This document shows, piece by piece, positions 50,957 to 59,390 of a stretch of DNA of 64,000 bases. The stretch covers positions 99,607-163,606 of the forward strand of contig JACKFK010000007.1 of the NCBI GenBank assembly GCA_020632515.1. The letters run 5' to 3'. The DNA is from Candidatus Omnitrophota bacterium. GTDB lineage: Bacteria > Omnitrophota > Gorgyraeia > Zapsychrales > Zapsychraceae. Position numbers and translations under genes: made by a program. Positions within the stretch are counted from its first letter, which is position 1. Each line of letters opens with the position of its first letter. The notes under the pieces were generated by a model that was given only the letters and a program-made list of their open reading frames with translations, was not told the DNA's origin and did no database searches.

Positions 50957-52142
50957 TATTCACAGCAGCTGAAGAAATATTCTGCGGGTCTTCTTCCAAA
51001 AGAAGCGTTTCGTCATGTTCAGGAAGTTCTTGCACTTTTTTCAATTTTCGTTCAATGGTACGGCTTTTGCGGGCAGCTGTTTCAATTTCATTACTGGCTT
51101 GTTTAAGTTTCAATTGCGTCTTATCAAGAATATCTCCGAATTTAGTAAATTCATTTTTGACTGTGCCTAATAAAGTCCAAACTTCTCCTGCCCTTTTCTC
51201 AACTGCTAATGTTCGAAATCCCATTTGTAAAGAATTAAGAATTGCGGTAATAGTCGTCGGGCCCGCAATAGTAACACGATAGTCACGCTGCAGCTGATCG
51301 CACAAACCATCACGCCGCAACACCTCCGCGTACAACCCTTCAATCGGTAAATACAAGATCCCAAAATCCGTAGTATACGGCGGATCAATATACTTTTCTT
51401 TAATCTTACGAGCTTCCAACTTAATTCGTGCCTCTAAAGCTTTAATAGATTCTTCGATCTTAATTGTATTTCCCTCTTCCTGTGCTGTCATTAACCTCTC
51501 ATAATCCTCTTTAGGAAATTTAGCGTCAATAGGAATGTAAACAATATCCCGTTCACGTCCGGGGAGTTTGATGGCAAACTCCACTGGATCGCGGCTGCCT
51601 TGTTTTGTTACGATATTTTTTTCATACTGCCCAGGAGTTAAGATTTGTTCCAGTAAATTTCCTAACTGAATTTCTCCCCATGTTCCACGGGTTTTAACGT
51701 TTGTTAAAACCTTTTTCAAATCTCCAACACCATTGGCTAAAGTCTGCATCTCGCCTAAACCTTCATGTACTTTTTCCAAACGTTCACTCACTACTTTAAA
51801 TGATTCTCCAAGGCGGCGCTCTAAAGTAGAATGCAACTTTTCATCAACAGTTTCACGCATCCTTTCCAATTTTTGGCTGTTATCCTCCTGCAAAGATTTA
51901 AGATTTGTCTCAACCACATCGCGCACCTTTTCTAATTTCTGTTCATTCATCTGGGTAAGTGTCAGCAATTGGCGGGAAAATGCCTCTAAAGATTGGGAAA
52001 GTTCTTTTCGATTTTGACTTACTTCATTTTTAACTAAACCCTCTAAACGCTGCTGATCTTTATTCATTGCTGATTGGTTGATAAACAATAAAATCAGCAA
52101 AAATAAATCGACTGCCAAAAATATAAAAACGACTATAACCAT
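50940..52142 (-). CDS. rmuC: DNA recombination protein RmuC.
   Basis: N-terminal TM helix, a long coiled-coil and a C-terminal RmuC nuclease-like domain. 400 aa. Confidence 0.8.
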   Translation of the reverse strand: MVIVVFIFLAVDLFLLILLFINQSAMNKDQQRLEGLVKNEVSQNRKELSQSLEAFSRQLLTLTQMNEQKLEKVRDVVETNLKSLQEDNSQKLERMRETVDEKLHSTLERRLGESFKVVSERLEKVHEGLGEMQTLANGVGDLKKVLTNVKTRGTWGEIQLGNLLEQILTPGQYEKNIVTKQGSRDPVEFAIKLPGRERDIVYIPIDAKFPKEDYERLMTAQEEGNTIKIEESIKALEARIKLEARKIKEKYIDPPYTTDFGILYLPIEGLYAEVLRRDGLCDQLQRDYRVTIAGPTTITAILNSLQMGFRTLAVEKRAGEVWTLLGTVKNEFTKFGDILDKTQLKLKQASNEIETAARKSRTIERKLKKVQELPEHDETLLLEEDPQNISSAAVNNESIV

Positions 52143-52285
52143 GATTCCACCTTCATCTAATGATTTATAACAGTACCATCTTACCCAAAACTGGGAGGAA
52201 TAGCAATTTTTTTGATCAGTTGAATATTTTTTCTTAAATTTACAATATTTTTATACCAGCGTCGGGAAATTTTTTTCTATTTCCC

Positions 52286-52313
52286 TTGATCATTAAAATG
52301 AAATTGTTATAAT
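52286..52313 (+). promoter_or_regulatory. Candidate sigma70 promoter for the PilZ-domain gene: TTGATC, 16-nt spacer, TATAAT with an upstream TG.
   Basis: TTGATC at 52286..52291 and TATAAT at 52308..52313, preceded by TGT. An AAGGAG ribosome-binding site lies 9 nt before the ATG at 52342. The track start at 52312 falls inside the -10 box. Confidence 0.45.
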
Positions 52314-52341
52314 GATCACCTTAACTAAAGGAGCGACAACT

Positions 52342-52869
52342 ATGCAGAGTGAATATTCTTTTCTAAAAGATGAATTAGCCCTCCAGGAAATTCGTAAACA
52401 TAAATGGATTGAAAGTGAAAAACTCGGACAAGAAATTGGCTTTGCCACCGCGGCTGTGGACTGGGTCAACAAATACGGTAATGATTTTACCCAATACCGA
52501 AATAAATTAATCCAAACCAATGCCGCCTTTTATGAACGAAGAAAATACCGACGATACGCTACCGGCATTCCGGTAGAACTGGAAATAAATGAACACTCTT
52601 ACTGTTCTATTGCCAAAGACATTAGCCTTATCGGCTTTTCTTCTTTAATATCCAATCATTACCCTGTTGATTCATCCGTATCTGTAACTATGGATATTAA
52701 ATTAAAAGGCTCACAAACTCGTTCGACAAAATTCCAGTTTTACAGCCAAATTCTACGCATTAATGATCCGGTAGATGACGCAGCTAACTTATGTTTTAAT
52801 GTTTTCATTCCATTTACTGAAAATTTTCGGGAGTTCTTAAGGACGCATCTGCCGTTCGCACGACATTAA
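52342..52869 (+). CDS. PilZ-domain protein with a conserved N-terminal helical domain (KHKWIESEKLG motif).
   Basis: The C-terminal half has RRKYRR (RxxxR) and DISLIGF (DxSxxG), the PilZ c-di-GMP-binding motifs. An AAGGAG RBS supports the start at 52342. Confidence 0.6.
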   Translation: MQSEYSFLKDELALQEIRKHKWIESEKLGQEIGFATAAVDWVNKYGNDFTQYRNKLIQTNAAFYERRKYRRYATGIPVELEINEHSYCSIAKDISLIGFSSLISNHYPVDSSVSVTMDIKLKGSQTRSTKFQFYSQILRINDPVDDAANLCFNVFIPFTENFREFLRTHLPFARH

Positions 52870-52876
52870 AAGGCCT

Positions 52877-53656
52877 TTATTGTCGGCAGTCGCAATCCAA
52901 GAAAGACGGTACCCTTTTAGAATGTCGTAATGCTGGTAAATACCTATGGCAATAATCACATTTATAAACTAATGAATAATTAAGCTTATTTAATGGACAT
53001 TGCTGACAGGAAGGCTTTGGTTTGCAGTATTCTTTACCCAACCTGACAATCAAAGCGTGAAATTCATTAAACATCATAACTTCATGATGCAAAGCCTGCA
53101 TAAAAATATCCTGGATTGCGTGATATTCTGCGTCTTGTCCAACAATATTATGTCGATATAAGAATCTCTTCGTGTAGGCGTCCACAACAAAGATTGGTTT
53201 CGAAAAAACATAAAGTAAAATTGAATCCGCAGTTTCCGGACCAATGCCATTAACCGACAATAATCCTTTTCTTAAATCCGGCAAAGACATTTTCCCCATT
53301 TTATTTAGATTTCCGGCAAATTCGTTATCCAAAAATCGCATAAAATTCTTCAAACGTTTAGCTTTCACATTAAAATAGCCTGCCGGTTTAATTAACCGGG
53401 CAAGCTTACTCTGTGGAATTTTCTTAAGCGCCTCAACGGAAAGGTTGCGCGCTTTTTTAAGATTGAATAACGCTTTTTCCACATTAGTCCAGTTCGTATT
53501 CTGTGTCAAAATAGCTCCGACGATAATCTCAATAGCTGTATCTCCGGGCCACCAATTCTGGGGGCCGAATTCGTTATAAAGCGAATTATAAATTTTAATT
53601 AATATGGCTTGTGAAGTTTTATTGGCAGTCATACATTTTAGTTTTCTCAAAAACAA
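52877..53656 (-). CDS. HhH-GPD superfamily DNA glycosylase (endonuclease III-like) with a Cys-rich C-terminus.
   Basis: Helix-hairpin-helix LSVNGIGPETAD followed by a catalytic Asp region (VVDAY). The C-terminus has C-x5-C-x2-C-x12-C-x2-C-x16-C-x-C. Confidence 0.65.
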   Translation of the reverse strand: MFLRKLKCMTANKTSQAILIKIYNSLYNEFGPQNWWPGDTAIEIIVGAILTQNTNWTNVEKALFNLKKARNLSVEALKKIPQSKLARLIKPAGYFNVKAKRLKNFMRFLDNEFAGNLNKMGKMSLPDLRKGLLSVNGIGPETADSILLYVFSKPIFVVDAYTKRFLYRHNIVGQDAEYHAIQDIFMQALHHEVMMFNEFHALIVRLGKEYCKPKPSCQQCPLNKLNYSLVYKCDYCHRYLPALRHSKRVPSFLDCDCRQ

Positions 53657-53963
53657 ACGCCTATTAAATGTAGCGGGGAGAAAATTATTGCGGAATAAGA
53701 ACTAAGAAGACATTCTTTTCTTTAATTCCTGGACATCCATTTGATATTTTGAACGAACAAAATCTAATTTCAATTAAACGATATGTTTAATATTTCTATT
53801 ACTTAACTCTTCCAACAACTCTTCGAACGTTTTCATTCTCTAAATTTAACCTTTCTCCACGAAAATCTTTCATTATTTCCCTTAATTTAAATGCCCTTTT
53901 TAATGGGGAAATTTCCTTTAACTTTCCGACTTCTTTCCGCATCATCTTTTTTGCCTTCTAAAT

Positions 53964-54359
53964 TTATTCTTCTGCTGATTTTGCTTCAATAATTTCCCAA
54001 TTTTTCAAGACGCCTAACTCATCAAAATATAAATTAACCTTATCCATATTAAAATGCTCTGTCACCTCACGGTAAACCCACTTCATCATAGAATCCCCGT
54101 CTTTCTGAATTATTTGAGAAAAAACCGGTGGACCAAATTCATCTAAAATATGCTGCCGACTGGAATACTGTTTTATATCGTCGGATTGAATGGCTTTCTG
54201 CATCAACGCAAACTTATTGTTGCGTTCTTCAACAAACGCATCAATCTCTGCTTGTTCTTTAGAAAGGGCTTTTAGAGTTTTAAGCTCTTTAACATGCCCA
54301 GCGGCCGCACAGCCTGTCATCATCATTAGACAAAAAAGAATAACTAAGTTATTAATCAT
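53964..54359 (-). CDS. Putative lipoprotein. The likely start is the internal Met giving MINNLVILFCLMMMTGC.
   Basis: Lipobox LMMMTGC followed by a soluble 110-aa domain. The longer track ORF overlaps the upstream Smr gene. Confidence 0.5.
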   Translation of the reverse strand: MINNLVILFCLMMMTGCAAAGHVKELKTLKALSKEQAEIDAFVEERNNKFALMQKAIQSDDIKQYSSRQHILDEFGPPVFSQIIQKDGDSMMKWVYREVTEHFNMDKVNLYFDELGVLKNWEIIEAKSAEE

Positions 54360-54367
54360 ATTTTCCT

Positions 54368-54616
54368 TTACCACCGGAAATGAATAAATATTCGCCCCCA
54401 ATTCTTCGAATCTTTTTCAATTCTATGATACTGACCTTTATAATTCTTTTCAAGAAATCTTAACACGTATTTCTTTAATTGCCCGCTGCCTTTACCCGGG
54501 ATAATTTCAACCAACGGTGCTTTTTTCTCCTGAGCTTCTTCCATGATATCAATCAACGCCTGCTCCAACTTCTGGCCTTGCGAATAAATGTCATGTAAAT
54601 CAATTTTTAACTTCAT
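54368..54616 (-). CDS. Smr-domain protein (small MutS-related nuclease domain).
   Basis: 82 aa. IDLHD...LVEIIPGKGSGQLKKYVLRFL matches the Smr core (LDLHG...IHGKGTG...). Confidence 0.7.
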   Translation of the reverse strand: MKLKIDLHDIYSQGQKLEQALIDIMEEAQEKKAPLVEIIPGKGSGQLKKYVLRFLEKNYKGQYHRIEKDSKNWGRIFIHFRW

Positions 54617-54640
54617 TAATTAAATCTCTAATACCCAGTG

Positions 54641-56599
54641 CTACCGGTTAATCTGGTCACGTTCTTCTTTTAAAGCCTTAATCGTACTTTCAATTTCGCG
54701 CATCCGTCGCTGAATCTCTTTAAGTCGATTATTACATTCTTTTATCTTATCTGAATCTTTTTGTTCATAGAGCTTTGTCAAAAATCTGGCTTTAGCATAA
54801 TTCTCCGTATCCAAATCTTGCAGCTCCTTTTCCAAATCACGTATTTGATTTCGAATTTGTCCTAAACGACGTTTGGCTTGTTTATGCTTCTGATATAAAT
54901 TATCCATATTAGAATTAGTTTTGACATCTTTTTGTTTTTTTGAATAATTCTTCCCCATATGACCGGAAATCATATGTTCATTCTTTTCTGAATTATTTTC
55001 TTTTTTGATAGATGGAACTCGTCCGTGCTTTTTATCTAAATAATATTCTAACCCACCAGGATAAACTTTAAGCTGACCAGGAATAACTTCAATAATACAG
55101 TCTGCGATTTCTTGAATAAAATATAAATCATGACTGATAAAAACTACAGTTCCTTCATATTTCTGAAAAGCCTGCGTCAAAGCTTTGACACCATCAACAT
55201 CTAAATGCGTCGTTGGTTCGTCAAGCAGCATAAAATTCGGCGGTTGAATTAAAAGTTTCGCCAGAATTAGCCGGCTTTTTTCCCCGCCGGATAAGACGCT
55301 GACTGTTTTAAAAACATCATCTCCGCGAAAATTAAATAATCCTAATAAACTACGCACACGCAAAGCTGGTATACCACTTGGAAAGACAGAACTCACTTCT
55401 TCCATCGCCGTACGATTCGGATTTAACACATCCAACCGCGTCTGTGAATAATACCCTCTCTCTACTTCATGACCTAATTTAACTTCACCCGCATCCGGGG
55501 CAATGGCCCCTGCCAAAATTTTAAGCAGAGTAGATTTTCCCGCGCCGTTTGGACCAACCAAACACACTTTCTGTCCTTTAATGACTTCTAAATTCAAATT
55601 TTTATAAATTTGTTTTTCTCCATACGATTTGGCAATATTGCTTAATTGCGTGACGACATAACCGCTTGGTTTAATCGGCGGAAATTCAAATTCACGTATA
55701 CTGTGATGTTCCTGCGGCAATTCGATTTCTTCTAGTTTTTCTAACATCTTCTTTTTATTACGTACTGCTGAAGCGCGGTTAGGCTGGGCATGAAACCGCT
55801 GAGCAAAACGCTCCAATTGTTTACGTTTTTTATCGACGACCTTCTGCTTCTTCTCTAATGTTTTTAAATTAATTTCTTTCTGTCGCTCATATAACTCATA
55901 ATTTCCTTTAACCTTAAGCATTTGCGCTTCATCAAGAAGAATCGTGTAATTAGTAACTGTATTTAAGAATACCCGATCATGAGAAATCAAAATAAACGTT
56001 CCTGGATAATTTGCTAAAAAATCCTTAAGCCAGAGCGTTGCCTCTAAATCTAAATAGTTTGTCGGCTCATCAAGTAATAACAGATCAAATGGATAGACTA
56101 ATAATTTAGCTAATAATGTTCGCATCTGCCAGCCGCCGCTTAACTGCGCGACCGGGCGGTGAAAATCTCCTTGCTTAAAACCTAAACCTGTTAAGATTTT
56201 TTCAGCCTTGTGTTCGAGATCATAGATTCCTAATTGTTCCAATTCATGTAAAACATCGCCGTAACGGTTAGAATCCGCCCGATGATCATCTTCCAATTTT
56301 CGTTTTTCATCTAAAAGTTTACGGATACGCTCATCCCCGGAAGTCATTTCCTGCATAACAGTCCGGCTTGAAGTAAATTTAGCTTCTTGCGGGAGAAATC
56401 CGATGTTGATATTCTTTTGAATTTGTACATTGCCCTCCAAAGGCTCCATCTCACCCAGAATAATGGAAAAAAGCGTTGTTTTTCCAGCCCCATTTGGCCC
56501 GGTTAATCCAATTTTTTCTTTAGGAAAAATGCTGAATGAAACATCTTTGAATAATGTTCTTTGAGTGAATCCCATGGTTAAGTTATTGATTGTGATCAT
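54641..56599 (-). CDS. uup: ABC-F family ATPase (Uup-like, with a C-terminal coiled-coil domain).
   Basis: Two ABC cassettes (GPNGAGKTT and GPNGAGKST; LSGGWQMR and LSGGEKSR) with an inter-domain linker, no TM domain and an approximately 90-aa C-terminal coiled coil. 652 aa. Confidence 0.85.
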   Translation of the reverse strand: MITINNLTMGFTQRTLFKDVSFSIFPKEKIGLTGPNGAGKTTLFSIILGEMEPLEGNVQIQKNINIGFLPQEAKFTSSRTVMQEMTSGDERIRKLLDEKRKLEDDHRADSNRYGDVLHELEQLGIYDLEHKAEKILTGLGFKQGDFHRPVAQLSGGWQMRTLLAKLLVYPFDLLLLDEPTNYLDLEATLWLKDFLANYPGTFILISHDRVFLNTVTNYTILLDEAQMLKVKGNYELYERQKEINLKTLEKKQKVVDKKRKQLERFAQRFHAQPNRASAVRNKKKMLEKLEEIELPQEHHSIREFEFPPIKPSGYVVTQLSNIAKSYGEKQIYKNLNLEVIKGQKVCLVGPNGAGKSTLLKILAGAIAPDAGEVKLGHEVERGYYSQTRLDVLNPNRTAMEEVSSVFPSGIPALRVRSLLGLFNFRGDDVFKTVSVLSGGEKSRLILAKLLIQPPNFMLLDEPTTHLDVDGVKALTQAFQKYEGTVVFISHDLYFIQEIADCIIEVIPGQLKVYPGGLEYYLDKKHGRVPSIKKENNSEKNEHMISGHMGKNYSKKQKDVKTNSNMDNLYQKHKQAKRRLGQIRNQIRDLEKELQDLDTENYAKARFLTKLYEQKDSDKIKECNNRLKEIQRRMREIESTIKALKEERDQINR

Positions 56600-56638
56600 G
56601 GCTTAATATCTTCTCCAAATTCTTAACAATTAAAGTTT

Positions 56639-57664
56639 TTATCTTTCTTCGTAATCAAACTTATCATCAAAATTCTCAATAACTTTATAAACAGATTTTG
56701 TAGTATCAAAAGTTGCCACATGAAAAAGGGCGTCACCTTTGTTAACTAATGGCAATTGAGTATGTCCAATGATAACTCCTTTTTCCTTTGCTCGGACTTC
56801 GATATTATCATTTCCTAAAGGATCAGAAATTATACCAAGAATTTCATTGGGGTTAACAACACTACCCAATTTTTTCTTTAAAATGAGAATCCCGCTATGT
56901 GGCGCGCGCTCCCAATAGCTTCGGTTAGCAACAATAGATTTAATAAACTTTGATTTCTTTGCTTCTTCTCCTATCATTCCTAAAGACTGCATAACAGATA
57001 AAATACCCGACAATCCGCTTCTAATCGTTATTTCATCATATCTGAGCGATTCGCCCCCCTCGAAAACAATCATAGGAATTTTCTTTTTATACGCTACTTT
57101 TCTTAACGATCCTTCGATAAGATCAGCATCTAAAATAACTGGTACCCCGAATTGATGTGCTAAGTGATTTGTTCGTTGATCTTTTAAACAAGCCCTTATT
57201 TGGGGAAGGTTTGTTCTATGACGAGAACCTGTATGCAAATCTATGCCATGCGTACTATTTGACAATATTTCTTTATAAAACAAATATGCTAATCTAGCTG
57301 TTAACGATCCGTTTTTACTGCCAGGAAAACAGCGGTTCAAATCTCGTCGATCAGGTAAATACCTATTCATTGAATTAAAACCAAACACATTTACAATCGG
57401 AACGACAATTAACGTTCCACTCAACTTTTTAACTCTTTTATTTTTTAAAAGCCTTTTAATTATCTCAACACCGTTAACTTCATCGCCATGCAAAGCAGCA
57501 CACACAAACAGACGAGGACCATCTTTCATCCCGCGAATAACTTTTACCGGCATATAGGCATTTGAATAATCGTAATTTTTTGCCACAAGCAATTTTATTT
57601 CTTTTGTTTCGCCCAAATCAATTTGCTCATTTCCTATTCGAAAATGTTTAGATCTTCCTGACAT
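56639..57664 (-). CDS. AstE/AspA-family (succinylglutamate desuccinylase / aspartoacylase-like) zinc deacylase.
   Basis: 341 aa. The family's HGxE zinc-binding motif is present (AALHGDEVNG). It overlaps the rimK stop by 17 nt. Confidence 0.7.
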   Translation of the reverse strand: MSGRSKHFRIGNEQIDLGETKEIKLLVAKNYDYSNAYMPVKVIRGMKDGPRLFVCAALHGDEVNGVEIIKRLLKNKRVKKLSGTLIVVPIVNVFGFNSMNRYLPDRRDLNRCFPGSKNGSLTARLAYLFYKEILSNSTHGIDLHTGSRHRTNLPQIRACLKDQRTNHLAHQFGVPVILDADLIEGSLRKVAYKKKIPMIVFEGGESLRYDEITIRSGLSGILSVMQSLGMIGEEAKKSKFIKSIVANRSYWERAPHSGILILKKKLGSVVNPNEILGIISDPLGNDNIEVRAKEKGVIIGHTQLPLVNKGDALFHVATFDTTKSVYKVIENFDDKFDYEER

Positions 57665-58829
57665 CGAATGACTTTCTCCTTTTTCTATTTTTTCTTTTCT
57701 GGATGACTAAACTTTTCATATTCTCTAATTTCCCAAAACACAACAAGGAATCATCCTCTAAGATTTCACGTGTACTCTTAGGATTGGAAATCATTTTTGT
57801 TCCCCGTTTAATGCTCATAATAACAATATCTTTCTCTCGGAAGCCGGCATTTTCAATTGTTTTTGAAATAAGCTCTGAATTCTTTAAAATATGAAATTCC
57901 GCAACGCCATACCCCTTATCTAAAGTTAAACGTTGCCGCAAATCAATCTCAGGAAAATCACTTTGTTCTTCTAAGAATTCAACCATTTTTGCCGCGACAT
58001 CAACTCCAGAAGCTCTTTCAATCCCTTCAAGTCCCGGCGATGAATTCACCTCCATCACTTGAGGCCCTGAAGCCCCTTCCAACATATCCACGCCAGCCAC
58101 ATTTAATCCCATAATTTGAGCGGCGCGAATAGCTGTTCGCTCAAACCTTTCATCCAGTTCAACATTTTCAACCTTCCCGCCTCTATGCACATTACTACGA
58201 AATTCATCTCCTTGCGCGACCCTTCGCATAGCTGCAACAACTTTATTCCCAACGACAATCGCCCTAACATCTCGCCCTTTACTTTCTTTAATAAATTTCT
58301 GAATTAAAACATTTTGTTTCGTACTATGTAATGTTTCAATAATAGCCTCAGCAACCTTATTCGTGTCAGCCAAAATTACTCCAATCCCTTGGGTTCCTTC
58401 TAACAATTTGATTACAACCGGAGCTCCACCAATCTTCTCAATTGCAGGGAGGATAGTTTTTTTCTGTTTAACAAAAATCGTCTGCGGAAAACCTATATTA
58501 TGCCGCGCTAATAATTGAATAGAGCGTAGTTTATCTCGCGATGTAATAATCCCTAATGAAGAATTCAAACAGAACATCCCCATTTCTTCAAATTGTCTAA
58601 GAACAGCCGCCCCAAAGAATGTTATAGAACTCCCTATTCTTGGAATAACCGCATCAAAATCTGTAATATTCTTATTCTTATAAATGAGCCCTGGCTTTCC
58701 CTGCTCAACATTAATAGAAAAATCTAATGTATCTAAAACATTAACATCATGTCCCCGCGCCACACATGCTTCTCTTAATCTCTTTGTGCTGTAAAGCCGT
58801 TTTCCTCTCGATAAAATCGCTATTTTCAT
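57648..58829 (-). CDS. rimK: RimK-type ATP-grasp alpha-L-glutamate ligase with a C-terminal TrkA_C (RCK_C)-like extension.
   Basis: The first 300 aa are nearly collinear with E. coli RimK (MKIAILSR...RLREA...DAVIPRIG...GGAPVVIKLLEGTQGIGV...FRSNVHRGG...MEVNSSPGLEGIE). About 90 extra C-terminal residues match the TrkA_C pattern (G..VAEFHI...S.L..KTI...G......IVIMSIKRG.K.I..P...T.L...D.L...G). Confidence 0.8.
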   Translation of the reverse strand: MKIAILSRGKRLYSTKRLREACVARGHDVNVLDTLDFSINVEQGKPGLIYKNKNITDFDAVIPRIGSSITFFGAAVLRQFEEMGMFCLNSSLGIITSRDKLRSIQLLARHNIGFPQTIFVKQKKTILPAIEKIGGAPVVIKLLEGTQGIGVILADTNKVAEAIIETLHSTKQNVLIQKFIKESKGRDVRAIVVGNKVVAAMRRVAQGDEFRSNVHRGGKVENVELDERFERTAIRAAQIMGLNVAGVDMLEGASGPQVMEVNSSPGLEGIERASGVDVAAKMVEFLEEQSDFPEIDLRQRLTLDKGYGVAEFHILKNSELISKTIENAGFREKDIVIMSIKRGTKMISNPKSTREILEDDSLLCFGKLENMKSLVIQKRKNRKRRKSFDVRKI

Positions 58830-59320
58830 TTTAATACCCTTCTTTTCTTTTTTACTTTCAGCACGTTCTGTTTTCTTTTTGGATTCTTACTTTTAAGCAC
58901 ATAACTATGACTTGCATCAACCAGAAAATCGTTTTCTAATGCTGTCCGTCCGATTAACATACGAAAATTCATTTCCTCACGACCGACAAGATTGATTCTG
59001 ATCTTTCTCTCAATATCGCCAATCCTAACTTTTGTTTCGACATACCATCGATGCGTTTTAACACCTATACTGGATTTAACTTTTCCTTTATGAATCGGCT
59101 TTGCGATTATTTTTTTTCTTCCTCTATCTTTATCCAAAATCACATAAAAACTAATTTTCGTTTTAGAAATCTCCTCAATTTCCTCAACATGGATGGAACT
59201 TGATTTTGCACCCGTATCAATCTTTGCTTTTAATTTTTTTATATTCCAATCAGGTAAATCGATATATTCCCGCCATCCAACAATCTTCTTTTTTTGTTCG
59301 ATCGCGGTATATTTTTTCAT
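58826..59320 (-). CDS. RimK-associated retropepsin-like protein (DUF785 / putative ATP-dependent zinc protease family; RimB-like).
   Basis: 164 aa. WREYIDLPDW...KAKIDTGAKSSSIH carries the retropepsin D-T/S-G-A motif. There is a 4-nt overlap with the rimK start. Confidence 0.7.
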   Translation of the reverse strand: MKKYTAIEQKKKIVGWREYIDLPDWNIKKLKAKIDTGAKSSSIHVEEIEEISKTKISFYVILDKDRGRKKIIAKPIHKGKVKSSIGVKTHRWYVETKVRIGDIERKIRINLVGREEMNFRMLIGRTALENDFLVDASHSYVLKSKNPKRKQNVLKVKKKRRVLK

Positions 59321-59390
59321 TTTATATTTTTCTTAACACTTTTATTAAACATTTTGACATCTCATTATTAGAGAAACATCAATTTACTGC

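Noticed and set aside
52268-52289. Hairpin GGGAAAT-(8 nt)-ATTTCCC in the rmuC/PilZ intergenic region.
   Set aside because: It is a 7-bp stem, but no T-tract follows on either strand. It sits between divergent promoters and is therefore not called as a terminator.
52312-52341. ORF-track start of the PilZ-domain gene at 52312.
   Set aside because: That ATG lies inside the predicted -10 box. An AAGGAG RBS precedes the ATG at 52342, so the shorter ORF is preferred.
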